Positions 16,876 through 27,579 are shown, counted from the first letter of the stretch. The stretch is DNA of 64,000 nt from Candidatus Gottesmanbacteria bacterium RIFCSPLOWO2_01_FULL_42_22 (GCA_001779315.1 MFJU01000042.1:747-64746), one strand, 5' to 3'. Numbers and translations are program-made. The notes: a model not told the origin generated them from the sequence alone.

Positions 16876-18078
16876 TTATAGCTCGCACTGAGTTTCGGCT
16901 TCGGCGCTGCAGGTATCTGTCGCTGCGCCGCCGTTCGCATAGTCGCTGCCCTGTTGACCGTCAAGCATATCGTTGCCTGTCTCGCCTTTGAGAGAATCAG
17001 ACCCGATGCCTCCCCAAAGATCATCATTGCCCGCATTGCCGTTAAGCGCGTCATTCCCATCTTCTCCGTATAAGTCATCCTGACCGGCGTTTCCGCTAAG
17101 ACTGTCGCCGTCAGTTCCTCCCAGGATGACATCGTTACCTGCGCCTCCTTTTAAATCATCGCCTCCGGTTCCCCCGACAATACAATCATTACCGCCATTG
17201 CCATTGACGATATCACTGCTGCCTTTGGCTAATATCAAATCAGGTCCACCCGTACCGTTGAGTATTTCGCTTCCGTTTGTACCTTCGATTAAATTATAGG
17301 CAACAGATTGGTTGCACTCTAAAGGTACCGGGAATGGGTTAATCGGATCCGCTGTAACTTTAATATGGTAAGGATTTATCGCATCATTGCTCCAGGCGGA
17401 TTCGTCAGGAGAAGAGTTTTTTGCCTTCACCCGGAGGTAATAATCACCGGGTGGCGTCCCCGGTGTCGGAATTTCAGAAGCAGATAACCAACCGCTTAGA
17501 TATACGGAACTTGTGTAAATGGCATCGGAAAAAGCTTCATATTGATACTCAAAAGGCGGGTTAAAGCCTGTAGAATCCGTCCAATCAACTTTTATTAAAG
17601 CAGATTGTGTAACAGTTACTCCGTTTCCGGGAGTGTGTATTAAAGGAACGGAAACTCCTTTTGTAATACTCCAAGTGCCCGTTCTGGTGCCGCCGAAATC
17701 ATCCGTCCAAGTACCGGAAACTGTTCCATCAGGAGCTACAGTACCTGTCATACTCATTATTGTTCCCGCTGCGCCCAAATCATAAGCAACGGTAAGACTA
17801 AGTGTATCTGCTGTTTGCGTACCGGAGGTGACATTCCAATGGAAAGTATCTCCGCCGCTTGCCGGAAATCCTCCGTCCCCGGTAACAGTTGTTGAGCTCT
17901 GGGCTAGTGTCGCATGATGAACGTAAGGTGTAGCCGATAGATCTCCATCCAGAAAAAAGGTGATTTCGTAATTGCCCGTCACATTCCAGGGTGCTACAGC
18001 AGTAGCTGATATGGCAAAATTAACAAGAAGCAAAACTGAAGCTATAAAAACGGTAAAAAAAAGTTTTATTTTATTCAT
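16876..18078 (-). CDS. Secreted protein with C-terminal RTX/hemolysin-type Ca-binding repeats
   Basis: Signal peptide; repeated GGxGxDxLxG nonapeptides; AGGAGG RBS. Confidence 0.85.
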   Translation of the reverse strand: MNKIKLFFTVFIASVLLLVNFAISATAVAPWNVTGNYEITFFLDGDLSATPYVHHATLAQSSTTVTGDGGFPASGGDTFHWNVTSGTQTADTLSLTVAYDLGAAGTIMSMTGTVAPDGTVSGTWTDDFGGTRTGTWSITKGVSVPLIHTPGNGVTVTQSALIKVDWTDSTGFNPPFEYQYEAFSDAIYTSSVYLSGWLSASEIPTPGTPPGDYYLRVKAKNSSPDESAWSNDAINPYHIKVTADPINPFPVPLECNQSVAYNLIEGTNGSEILNGTGGPDLILAKGSSDIVNGNGGNDCIVGGTGGDDLKGGAGNDVILGGTDGDSLSGNAGQDDLYGEDGNDALNGNAGNDDLWGGIGSDSLKGETGNDMLDGQQGSDYANGGAATDTCSAEAETQCEL

Positions 18079-18121
18079 ATTTATCACCTCCTTTCAACAG
18101 AAATTATTGAGTGTCATTGCC

Positions 18122-18148
18122 AAAAAAAAAGACAACCGGAGGTTGTCT
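18122..18148 (-). terminator. Intrinsic terminator-like hairpin in the 5' leader of the RTX-repeat gene
   Basis: Minus strand AGACAACC-TCC-GGTTGTCT followed by a T-run. Confidence 0.6.
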
Positions 18149-18487
18149 AAAGATACGAGCAGTAAAGCAATTTCATAGGCAGGCCTGATATATTATACGA
18201 TTGCCTTCTTTATCACTGTCAATCCCGTCAATCGATATATTTTTGTATATTACAAATATCTTACCCCATAATTCCTCGATGCGGAACATTTTGCAGAAGA
18301 AAATAAATGGCAGGTACTTTCAGATAATTTTAAGAAAACAAAGACTAACGCAACAGTTCCCGGAGTGTATTTTGGTTTTCAGGTGTAATAAGTTCCATAA
18401 GTCTGTTCAAATCCCGGTCATTTAGATTAATTGCCTGATTAAAAAACAATTGGAGTGTCAAGGCGCTTACCGCTATTGAAACATCAG

Positions 18488-18721
18488 TCAGGACAAGGCA
18501 AATGATTGCCGCATTTCTGTCATTAAAACTTCGTTCTCCGAAGAAGAAATACTTAATAAAATAGAAAAGTCCAAAAGGAGGAAAAATACACTCACCATAT
18601 ATGCTTTTAAATGGTTTGTTTTACTTTTTAACTTTTGCTGCTGATTGTTAAGTTCCAGAATGGCTGCCAAATCGTCAGGACCGAGCGCTTCCTTATTTAT
18701 GACGGTTGTATTCTCCGGCAT
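18488..18721 (-). CDS. Small hypothetical membrane protein
   Basis: 77-aa ORF with one TM segment. Confidence 0.4.
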   Translation of the reverse strand: MPENTTVINKEALGPDDLAAILELNNQQQKLKSKTNHLKAYMVSVFFLLLDFSILLSISSSENEVLMTEMRQSFALS

Positions 18722-18899
18722 TGTTTTTTTAAATCAGTTTAATAGTATACCCTTAAAAATTCTATCAGTTGACTTTATCTTTAGCCAGTATCTTATGAAT
18801 ATGGAAAAAAATAAATAAAAAAAGCATAGGGAGAAGTAAAACGGTGATATTTCAGCATATTTTCAGGAAGTAACTGATAAAAATAATTAAGACTACCAT

Positions 18900-19964
18900 A
18901 TGGACAGGCGTTTAGTAATTATTTATCTTATGGCTATTGGAATACTTGCCGGTATTACGGCTTATAATCGTTTTTTCAAATACGCTTCTAAGTCTAGTAT
19001 AGCTTTGGACCAAAATGCCCAACCGGCAGAACCCGGTGGGCTAATAAATGAACCCAACCCGCTTTCAATTGAATACATGCGGGGGCAGGCATATCCGGGG
19101 AGCGGCATTGACATAGAACAAACACTGCCATCCGGGACAAATTACAATAAGTATATTGCTTCTTACAATTCAGACGGTTTGAAGATTTACGCATTGCTTA
19201 CGGTGCCGCAAGGGGAAAAGCCCAAAACCGGCTGGCCGGTCATTATTTTCAATCACGGCTATATCCAGCCGGAGCAGTACCGGACAACCGAGAAATATCT
19301 TGTTTACACCGATGCTTTTTCCCGAAATGGATATATTCTGTTTAAACCTGATTACCGAGGACATGGAAATTCAGAAGGAAAACCGGAGGGAGCGTATTAT
19401 TCTTCGGCATATACAGTTGATGTATTAAATGCTGTTTCTTCGGTGAAAAAATATAAAGATGCTGACCCGGAAAGAATCGGCATGTGGGGACATTCAATGG
19501 GTGGAATGCTGACTTTAAGGTCGATGGTCGTCACCAAAGATATTAAAGCCGGTGAAATCTGGGCCGGAGTTGTCGCTTCGTATCAAGATTTAACCAATAA
19601 TTGGCATCACCCGGATCTTAATCCTCGACCTTTTGTTCCTTCCCAGAGAGAACAGGCGGCCAGAGGGCCGGGAAGACAGGTTCTCGTTGACAAATACGGC
19701 AGCTTTGAAGCAAATCCCCAGTTTTGGCAGTCCATCTCGCCCATAGCGTTTGTCAAAGATATTTCCGGCCCCGTCCAGCTCCAGCATGGGACTATCGACG
19801 ACGAAGTTCCGCTTCTTTTCAGCCATAAATTAGATGAAGCGTTAAGAAGGGTCGGCAAGCCTGTAGAACTATATACTTATGAGGGAGACGACCATAATCT
19901 TTCCAATAGTTTAAGTACCGCCTTAAAAAGGTCAGTTGATTTCTTTGATAAATACCTCAAATAA
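18900..19964 (+). CDS. Alpha/beta hydrolase, S9 peptidase-like, membrane anchored
   Basis: GHSMG nucleophile, HG..D..V, DH catalytic triad. Confidence 0.9.
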   Translation: MDRRLVIIYLMAIGILAGITAYNRFFKYASKSSIALDQNAQPAEPGGLINEPNPLSIEYMRGQAYPGSGIDIEQTLPSGTNYNKYIASYNSDGLKIYALLTVPQGEKPKTGWPVIIFNHGYIQPEQYRTTEKYLVYTDAFSRNGYILFKPDYRGHGNSEGKPEGAYYSSAYTVDVLNAVSSVKKYKDADPERIGMWGHSMGGMLTLRSMVVTKDIKAGEIWAGVVASYQDLTNNWHHPDLNPRPFVPSQREQAARGPGRQVLVDKYGSFEANPQFWQSISPIAFVKDISGPVQLQHGTIDDEVPLLFSHKLDEALRRVGKPVELYTYEGDDHNLSNSLSTALKRSVDFFDKYLK

Positions 19965-20075
19965 AACGATATATGAAAACAATGCAAGTACTTTTTTACT
20001 CTTTCATCTAGCGGTTTAATCTTCAAAAAATACAGGCAATCACTCTAGGGTTGGGACCTCTGATATAATTTCCTC

Positions 20076-20498
20076 ATGAATGCAAAATCCCCAAAAGCTG
20101 GTCTAAACATACTTATCCTAAAAAATAAGCAAGTATTATTGGGTTTATTAACCAAAAAATGGCTATATCATGGTAAACAGGTATTTGGAGTTCCGGGCAG
20201 AGATTTGCATTTTAAGGAAACAATCGGAAATGGTGTCAAGAGAAATATTAAAGACGAATTAGGTGTAGCAGTGACAACTTATGAAATAATCAGCGTCAAT
20301 GCCAACTATGAATATGGAAATCACTATATCGGTATTGGAGTCGTTGCGAAGATTAAAGGCGAAATTAAACATCTAAAAAAAGAAGACTGGGAAAAATGGC
20401 AGTGGTTTGATATAAATCAGATCCCGGATAATTTATTTCCGGATGCCAAAAACCTGATAAAATGCTATTTGGAAAATAAAGTTTGCGTGGCTTACTAA
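20076..20498 (+). CDS. NUDIX hydrolase-like protein (degenerate box)
   Basis: PG.DL.F.ET....V.RNI.DELG; WQWF....P..LF. Confidence 0.65.
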   Translation: MNAKSPKAGLNILILKNKQVLLGLLTKKWLYHGKQVFGVPGRDLHFKETIGNGVKRNIKDELGVAVTTYEIISVNANYEYGNHYIGIGVVAKIKGEIKHLKKEDWEKWQWFDINQIPDNLFPDAKNLIKCYLENKVCVAY

Positions 20499-20561
20499 CA
20501 ACAGATTTTCCATTCCGGATACAGGAAAATCATCGTGAAAAAGTGATGACTGAATAAAAAT

Positions 20562-21272
20562 ATGATATCTGTAGTTATTCCTGCCTATAATGAAGAAAAA
20601 TATATTTCAAATTGTCTGGATTCAATAGTTCGTCAGGAATCTGCTCAAAACCTGGAAGTAATTGTTGTGGATAATAATTCCACAGATAATACTCTTAAGG
20701 TTATACAAAAATTCAGAGACAGATTAAATCTTAAAATAGTTATTGAAAAGAAAAAAGGCCGAGGTGCTGCCAGAAGCCGGGGATTTCAGACAGCAAAAGG
20801 AGATATAATTCTTGGTACAGAAGCTGATACTATAGTCCCACCTGATTGGATAGAAGAATTATCCAGCAAATTAATTGATAAAAATGTCGTAGCTGTTACC
20901 GGACCGTGTAAATTTGAAGATTGTTCTTTATTAATAAAAATTATTATGAACCAGTTTCAACCGTTTGGAATGGTTTTATACAGAGTTTTATTCGGCTATT
21001 ATTGGTTGAGTGGATTTAACTTTGCCATAAAAAAATCAGCCTATTTAAAATCTGGAGGATTTAATCCGGAATTAAATACTTTTGATGATATAGAGTTAGG
21101 TGAAAAAATAAAAAGATTCGGTAAAGTTGTATTCATCAGAAATACACCGGTAATAGTATCAGGAAGAAGATTTAAAAAGGGATTATTTGAAGGATTATCT
21201 TCATATTTTAAACCGTTTATTGAGTATTCCTTATTCCATAAAAAATCAGTCTCTTTGGATGATCCTAGATAA
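20562..21272 (+). CDS. Glycosyltransferase family 2
   Basis: SVVIPAYNEE, VDNNSTD, GGF. Confidence 0.9.
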   Translation: MISVVIPAYNEEKYISNCLDSIVRQESAQNLEVIVVDNNSTDNTLKVIQKFRDRLNLKIVIEKKKGRGAARSRGFQTAKGDIILGTEADTIVPPDWIEELSSKLIDKNVVAVTGPCKFEDCSLLIKIIMNQFQPFGMVLYRVLFGYYWLSGFNFAIKKSAYLKSGGFNPELNTFDDIELGEKIKRFGKVVFIRNTPVIVSGRRFKKGLFEGLSSYFKPFIEYSLFHKKSVSLDDPR

Positions 21273-21328
21273 AAGTGATTAGCTTAAGTAACCCAGTGAC
21301 GATCTCAATATGATAAACTGGAATTGGG

Positions 21329-21793
21329 ATGAGGAGTTTATTTATATTTCTTTTTATACTGACGTTTCCTCTCTTTTTTAAACCTCCGGCAATTCAGGCT
21401 CAAATTTATACTACGGAAAAGCTGATTACCGTTGATTTGGGATCACAGACTCTGACTGCCTGGGAAGGAGGCAAAATCCAGCATCAAACCAGAGTCTCAA
21501 CAGGCATGAAATTGACTCCGACAGTCAAAGGCAGTTTTAAGATTTATTTGAAATACCCCGTCAAAGATATGAAAGGGCCATCCCCTTATAAGAAAATTTA
21601 TCCCAGCGGCAAATATCATCTGAAAAATGTCCCTAACATCATGTATTTTTACCAAGGGTATGCCATTCACGGAGCATACTGGCATAATAATTTCGGAAGG
21701 GTAGCCAGCCACGGCTGTGTCAATGTGCCCCTGTCTTCAGCCCAGTGGCTCTTTAATTTTGCTTCCAATGGTACCAGAGTCGAAATCTTCTAA
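21329..21793 (+). CDS. L,D-transpeptidase (YkuD family)
   Basis: AIHGAYWH...SHGCVN. Confidence 0.92.
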   Translation: MRSLFIFLFILTFPLFFKPPAIQAQIYTTEKLITVDLGSQTLTAWEGGKIQHQTRVSTGMKLTPTVKGSFKIYLKYPVKDMKGPSPYKKIYPSGKYHLKNVPNIMYFYQGYAIHGAYWHNNFGRVASHGCVNVPLSSAQWLFNFASNGTRVEIF

Positions 21794-22018
21794 AGGAAAT
21801 AATATATCCTATAGTCTTATTGACTTCCGGGAGCGGCTAAGGTATACTTGACTTAATTAACAAACAGATTTAAAGTAATTAATCTGTTTAAATTGGAATT
21901 GGTTTAACGAATCCTAAGATAAAGATATCCTATTTTTTCCTTCTTTATATCTTTCTTCTTTTTTTAAAGCAACTTCACGATTTAGGCAGATTTATTAGTT
22001 TAAATTTTTCAATATATT

Positions 22019-23218
22019 ATGTTTAACAGACCATTCTCCCGGGGAAAATTCCGGAAATACCAAAAATTCCATTCAAACAGGCGTCTGTCAAACGGACACA
22101 ATCAGCGCTCTAAAAAAACGGTCAACCCGTCGCTTTATATCAGTAAAGCCGATATCGCTCCGGCAGAAGAAATGGCTGCAGTTAAAAATAAATTCACTGA
22201 TTTCCGGATAGATCAAAGGCTGAAACAGAATATTTTCAACCGGGGCTATTCAATTCCCACACCGATTCAGGACCAGGCGATACCGCATATACTTTCCGGC
22301 CGCGATGTTATCGGCATTGCCAATACCGGAACGGGCAAAACAGCCGCTTTTTTGGTGCCGCTTCTTAATAAAATGATACAGCGAAATAATGAAAAAGCGC
22401 TGGTTGTGGTGCCGACCAGGGAGCTGGCCGTGCAGATAAATAGCGAACTGAAGTTTTTTTCCAAATCACTGAATATATTTTCCGTACTGGTTATCGGTGG
22501 AGCCAGCATAAACCGTCAGTTGTCGGAACTGCGGAGAAACCCCCATTTTATTATCAGCACCCCCGGCAGACTGAAAGATTTGGTCAACAGGCAATTTATT
22601 GATCTGGGTTCATTTCAAAATATAGTTCTTGATGAAGTCGACAGAATGGTCGATATCGGTTTTATCAATGAAATTAAATTTATAATTTCCCGATTGCCCA
22701 AAGTCAGACAGTCTCTGTTTTTCTCAGCTACAGTTCCGATTGAGGTGTCCAATATTATTCACTCCTTTCTGCGTAATCCCGTGACGGTTTCTGTAAAAGT
22801 GACGGAAACAGTCAGGAGTATAGATCAGGATATAATCCGCTTTAAAAACAAGGAAGATAAGATTGAAAAACTGCAGGAATTGTTGCGCCGGGAGGAATAT
22901 AAAAAGGTTTTGGTTTTCGGCAGGACAAAATGGGGCGTGGAAAGATTGTCCAGACACCTTTCCGAAAACGGTTTTTCAGTGGCCTCCATTCACGGCAATA
23001 AAACTCAAAACCAAAGATTGAAAGCGCTCAACCTTTTCCGCTTAAACCAGCTGCAGGTACTGGTGGCGACCGATGTCGTGGCCAGAGGCATGGATATAGA
23101 AGATGTTTCCCATGTGGTCAATTATGACGAGCCGGAATCCTACACGGATTATGTCCACCGCATAGGCAGAACCGGCCGGGCCAATAAATCCGGCAAAGCC
23201 CTGACCTTTGTCGGATGA
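22019..23218 (+). CDS. DEAD-box RNA helicase
   Basis: Q motif, TGTGKT, PTRELA, DEVD, SAT, HRIGRTGR. Confidence 0.95.
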   Translation: MFNRPFSRGKFRKYQKFHSNRRLSNGHNQRSKKTVNPSLYISKADIAPAEEMAAVKNKFTDFRIDQRLKQNIFNRGYSIPTPIQDQAIPHILSGRDVIGIANTGTGKTAAFLVPLLNKMIQRNNEKALVVVPTRELAVQINSELKFFSKSLNIFSVLVIGGASINRQLSELRRNPHFIISTPGRLKDLVNRQFIDLGSFQNIVLDEVDRMVDIGFINEIKFIISRLPKVRQSLFFSATVPIEVSNIIHSFLRNPVTVSVKVTETVRSIDQDIIRFKNKEDKIEKLQELLRREEYKKVLVFGRTKWGVERLSRHLSENGFSVASIHGNKTQNQRLKALNLFRLNQLQVLVATDVVARGMDIEDVSHVVNYDEPESYTDYVHRIGRTGRANKSGKALTFVG

Positions 23219-23236
23219 CAGCTCATCATCTGTAAA

Positions 23237-24412
23237 TTACTTATTTCCTTTTTTCCAATGGTTGATTTCTATATGGGATTTAATTCCTGTTGAATTATTA
23301 AGAATTTGTTCCCGCCAGTCTTGAGCATTTTTAATCGACTCAATTCTTGAATCCAGAAGTAAATCCAATTCTTTTCCCTGTTGGTTTCTATTAATTATAC
23401 AAACATACTCATTATCCCAAATACCAAAATCTTCTTCCGTAGATAAAGTTTTAAAAACATCATATTTTATAAACCTGACTTTGATACAGGCCTTAAGATC
23501 CAATTCTATCTGTTTTTGTAAAACTTTCCTGTTCAGATCATTAATACTCTTGATAATAAAAACCCGGGTAAAATCCACTCCGCGCATTCGAGCTTTTCTG
23601 CCGCTGGTAAAATAATCACTTTCCGGATTCCACTCTTCAGAGTTGGAAACAAAAGTGGCAAAACCTGATTTACTGATATTCATAAAGTGAAACCTGCCTT
23701 CAGCCTGGCCTTCCTCCGGGGTGATGGTCATATATTTTCTGCTGGAATTAATTATATTTTCCACGAGGGAGTGTTTACTTCTCCCTAGAATATAGCGTTG
23801 GTACAAATCCAAATCCAGTCTGGTAACACAAAGGTCAAATACCAATGGGAATTCATTTAAATTTGCTTCGGAATTCAAATGTCCGGCCCGTCTTACAAAA
23901 ATTGGTGAACTTTCCATTACTTTGGCAAAGTGTAAAGCCCGCCGCGATTCAATGTACGGATCATTATCCGAATATAGAACATATGAAGTCGAAACAAGAT
24001 TAACCAATTCTTCAAAATCAAAATCAGTTTTATAAAAAGTCGAATTTACTAAATCATATTGCCAGGGTATCAAATTTAATTTATCTAAACAGGGAGAAAC
24101 AAAAATAGCGCAGTCCAATTTTATTTTATGTTTCGCTAAAACATGCAAAATAAAAAGATTTCCCAAAGAATGGCCGATAAAACAGATTTTTCCAGTCTTT
24201 GATAATTGAGGCAAAACTACTTTTTCGAAAGTTTTCATCCATGAATTCAGGTTTTGTTTACTTTTTGATTTTTTTGTGATTTCACTGAAGTTGTCGACCG
24301 GATATTGGGGGCAAATCACCTGCTGTCCCATATCGGATAATTTTTTTTTAAGATCCGGAAACCAGTTACCTTCTTTTGAACCTAATGAACCGTGAAATAT
24401 AACAAATTGCAT
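23237..24412 (-). CDS. RBBP9/YdeN-family alpha/beta hydrolase with extra C-terminal domain
   Basis: FHG...NWFP, GHSLG, SDNDPY, AGHLN. Confidence 0.8.
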   Translation of the reverse strand: MQFVIFHGSLGSKEGNWFPDLKKKLSDMGQQVICPQYPVDNFSEITKKSKSKQNLNSWMKTFEKVVLPQLSKTGKICFIGHSLGNLFILHVLAKHKIKLDCAIFVSPCLDKLNLIPWQYDLVNSTFYKTDFDFEELVNLVSTSYVLYSDNDPYIESRRALHFAKVMESSPIFVRRAGHLNSEANLNEFPLVFDLCVTRLDLDLYQRYILGRSKHSLVENIINSSRKYMTITPEEGQAEGRFHFMNISKSGFATFVSNSEEWNPESDYFTSGRKARMRGVDFTRVFIIKSINDLNRKVLQKQIELDLKACIKVRFIKYDVFKTLSTEEDFGIWDNEYVCIINRNQQGKELDLLLDSRIESIKNAQDWREQILNNSTGIKSHIEINHWKKGNK

Positions 24413-24555
24413 ATAATTTATAAGCGGTATTTAGCATATTATACAAAAACTGACATCAGTACACATAATCCCGGAGTGAATTCCCAATTTCTTAAACTTT
24501 TCTAACATTTTATTAAGTCTTGACTGAATTAAGCGGAATATATTAATATCCATCT

Positions 24556-24714
24556 ATGGATTTATTTGCCGCTTTGGCTGATCCCACCAGACGTCACATT
24601 ATTGAAATACTGGCCGGCAAAGACCAACTGTCCGCCACGGAAATCTCAGACAGATTTAATATGTCACCGCCGGCTGTCTCCCAGCATTTGAAAGTCTTTA
24701 GGGAAACCGGATGA
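24556..24714 (+). pseudogene. Truncated ArsR/SmtB regulator (52 aa)
   Basis: MDLFAALADPTRRHIIEIL...PAVSQHLKVFRETG*; wing missing; below ORF-track cutoff. Confidence 0.7.
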
Positions 24715-24730
24715 AAGGAGCTGATTACCC

Positions 24731-25240
24731 ATGACGGAAACGAACGGAATTGTTATTGAACGGATTTTTAACGCACCCCGCGAATTGGTTTGGAAAGCCT
24801 GGACGGATCCGGAAACGGCCAAAAAATGGTGGGGTCCGAAGGATTTTACCGCACCAAGCATCAAAATAGATTTGCGGGAAGGCGGAAAATATGTTTTTGC
24901 CATGCACGGACCGAAAGGCAGTGAGTGGGATAAGGACATATACAGCGCCGGTGTCTATAAGAGAATCATCCCAAATGAAAAACTGGTGGTAACCGACTAT
25001 TTTTCGGATGAGAACGGCAATATGATCTCACCCGCGGATTCGGGATTGGAAGACCCCGATTTCCCCACGGAATCTACAGTCACAGTCTTATTTGAAGATA
25101 TCGGAGGCGGCAAAACCATGTTGTCGATAATTTACCCGAAACCGGAATCGGAAAAAGAGTTCCAGGCTATGCTGAAAAGCGGCATGAAGGATGGCTGGAA
25201 TTCATCCCTGGACAAACTGGTCGCTATTTTGGAAAGTTAA
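24731..25240 (+). CDS. SRPBCC/AHSA1 domain protein
   Basis: ERIFNAPRELVWKAWTDPE...WWGP...GWNSSLDKL. Confidence 0.9.
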   Translation: MTETNGIVIERIFNAPRELVWKAWTDPETAKKWWGPKDFTAPSIKIDLREGGKYVFAMHGPKGSEWDKDIYSAGVYKRIIPNEKLVVTDYFSDENGNMISPADSGLEDPDFPTESTVTVLFEDIGGGKTMLSIIYPKPESEKEFQAMLKSGMKDGWNSSLDKLVAILES

Positions 25241-25312
25241 AAAAATTATAAGAGAAAATTGTATGTAAAAAATTGTTCCCCATAGATGAAATTGATAAGG
25301 AGGTGAACGGAT

Positions 25313-25747
25313 TTGATAAAGCTGAATACTTATCTGAACTTTGCCGGCAATACGGAGGAAGCCATGAAATTTTACCAGTCGGTTTTAGGGGGAGATCTGA
25401 CCCAGATAGTCCGCTTCAAGGATATGCCGATTGAGGGGGTGAAAATTCCCAAGACAGATGGAAATAAAGTGATGCATATGGGATTAGCTTTCGGAAACAA
25501 CCAGATGCTGATGGCAACAGACACTCTCGAGTCTCTGGGACAAAAACTTATTCCGGGCAACAATTTCTATATTTCAATCCATCCGGAGAGTAAAAAAGAG
25601 GCGGATCGGATTTTTAAGGCACTCTCTAAAGGAGGCAAAGTGGAAATGGCTCTGTCCGATCAGCTGTGGGGTGACTACTACGGTAGTTTTAAAGACAAAT
25701 TCGCTGTGCAGTGGATGGTGAATTACTCATATCCGAAAGAGAAATGA
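25313..25747 (+). CDS. VOC family protein (PhnB-like)
   Basis: YLNFAGN.EEA..FY, WGDYYG...DKF.V.WM. Confidence 0.9.
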   Translation: MIKLNTYLNFAGNTEEAMKFYQSVLGGDLTQIVRFKDMPIEGVKIPKTDGNKVMHMGLAFGNNQMLMATDTLESLGQKLIPGNNFYISIHPESKKEADRIFKALSKGGKVEMALSDQLWGDYYGSFKDKFAVQWMVNYSYPKEK

Positions 25748-25797
25748 CCAAGAGCTAAGTTGACAAGCCTGGCTGATAATTTTAAGCTTTGTCTATA

Positions 25798-26727
25798 ATG
25801 AAAAAAAGAAAAAAAAGATCCAGTCCAAGATTTGTCTTTTCCAAAACATTTTATTATTTGGGAGGCGGGGCACTTTTATTGATTCTTATCTCTATTTTTA
25901 CCAATAAAGCAAAACCTGCCTATCTAACCCGGCAGGATTTCCTATCTTCCGGTCAAAATGTCCTGGGTGAGGAAGAAAAGAAGGATGAGGAGGAAAATGA
26001 AGATAAAGAGGATGAAAAGCTGAAAGCCGGCGGCTCTTCAGGTAAGAACGGCACTCTGGAGTTGAAGACTCAGGATACCGGCAACGGTAGGGAGACAGAA
26101 ATTGAAACGGAAGACGGGCAGAAAATCAAAACCAAGGTCGAAGATGACGGCAGTTCAAAAATCGAAATCGAACACAATGATTATAAGATTAAATATGAAT
26201 TACAGAACGGCCAAGTCGTTACTAAAACCGAAGACGGAAAGGGAGAGGAAGTAGAGCTGGAAAATGAGGAAATGGAAGATCTGGAAGATGAAGTTGAGAA
26301 CGAATTGGAGGATGACGGTATTAAAATTGCCACTGAGGGATCCGGCAGGCTTACTTTTGAAGACAGCCGGATTTCCGCATCCACCAACTTTCCACTCTCA
26401 ATTGATGTGGGTACAAAACAGCTCGTTGTTAATACTCCTGCCGGTCAAAAAATAGTAACTGTTTTACCTGATGAGGCTGTTAACAATTTATTAATGAGCG
26501 GTATTATCAGCAAGTTAAATAACCGTATAAAAACAAAGGCTAATCTTGAGTTTAAAATCAGAAATAACGAACCGGTTTATGAAATAGACGGGTTAAAAAC
26601 ATACCGCCTTTTTGCCCTTATTCCTGTTTCAAGACCATTGTTGGTGGTCGTATCATCTGAGACAGGAGAAGTCATAACTACCGAAAAATCATTCCTGACC
26701 AACGCCGTAGACTTCCTGTCCCCTTGA
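25798..26727 (+). CDS. Membrane-anchored acidic hypothetical protein
   Basis: N-terminal TM, Glu/Asp-rich region. Confidence 0.7.
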   Translation: MKKRKKRSSPRFVFSKTFYYLGGGALLLILISIFTNKAKPAYLTRQDFLSSGQNVLGEEEKKDEEENEDKEDEKLKAGGSSGKNGTLELKTQDTGNGRETEIETEDGQKIKTKVEDDGSSKIEIEHNDYKIKYELQNGQVVTKTEDGKGEEVELENEEMEDLEDEVENELEDDGIKIATEGSGRLTFEDSRISASTNFPLSIDVGTKQLVVNTPAGQKIVTVLPDEAVNNLLMSGIISKLNNRIKTKANLEFKIRNNEPVYEIDGLKTYRLFALIPVSRPLLVVVSSETGEVITTEKSFLTNAVDFLSP

Positions 26728-27413
26728 TGAAATTCATTTATTTGGAGATTTTGTTCCTTTCAGGTGTAATTATCCACGGTTTATATTTTTTCGGACCGCC
26801 GATTTTATCCCTTTTATGTTTTACTTATATTTTCTCGACCGTTGCCGAACTTATAAGTCTTAAAACTCCAATATCTTGTTTCGGAGTTAAATACAGATAT
26901 AACCTGGTTCACCCCCTCTTTGCTTCAAAGATTTTTCTTTTGGGAGTCTATCCGCTGGAGGTTTCATTCGCCTGGGTAATCCTAAAATATATTTCATTTT
27001 GCCTGGGCATATTAATTGTTTCAGCTTTCTCTTTACCTATAATTGCGGAAATAGTGTTGGTACCGCTTATTTTGGTTTCCATGGATTTTATTCTCGATCC
27101 GGTTGCCGTAAATTATGATAAGCTCTGGCATTGGGAAAAAGGCAGCTTTTATTTCGGAATTCCACTGAGGAATTTTCTCGGCTGGTATCTGGTCGGTTTA
27201 TTATCAACTCTGCTTTTTGTTTTCACCGTTAAAAGCCGGCCGTTATCCTTCAATATATTTTATTTGCTGCCGATTATTGCTTATGCTTTCATTTTAGATA
27301 ACGTCCCAAAACTCTACAGAAGGAACAAATTCCTGACCGTAATCGGAGTGTCCCCGGCTGTTGCATGGATCATCTTGAGCACAGTCGGTTTAATTATTAT
27401 GGTATATTATTAA
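26727..27413 (+). CDS. CruF/DUF422-like membrane protein
   Basis: D..LDP.AV....W.W....YFGIPL.NF.GW. Confidence 0.75.
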   Translation: MKFIYLEILFLSGVIIHGLYFFGPPILSLLCFTYIFSTVAELISLKTPISCFGVKYRYNLVHPLFASKIFLLGVYPLEVSFAWVILKYISFCLGILIVSAFSLPIIAEIVLVPLILVSMDFILDPVAVNYDKLWHWEKGSFYFGIPLRNFLGWYLVGLLSTLLFVFTVKSRPLSFNIFYLLPIIAYAFILDNVPKLYRRNKFLTVIGVSPAVAWIILSTVGLIIMVYY

Positions 27414-27579
27414 AGTATGAAGCATTATATTTGTACCGGAGGATGCCGGGGTGTGGCTGAGATACCCGGAACTTGCCAGACAGAAGGGTGCCCCAAGCAT
27501 AAACAACCTTTGATGGTTTGCGATTGCCGGGACGATAAACATCAGGAAGTATACACACGGGAAAAATCGGTAGAGGATC

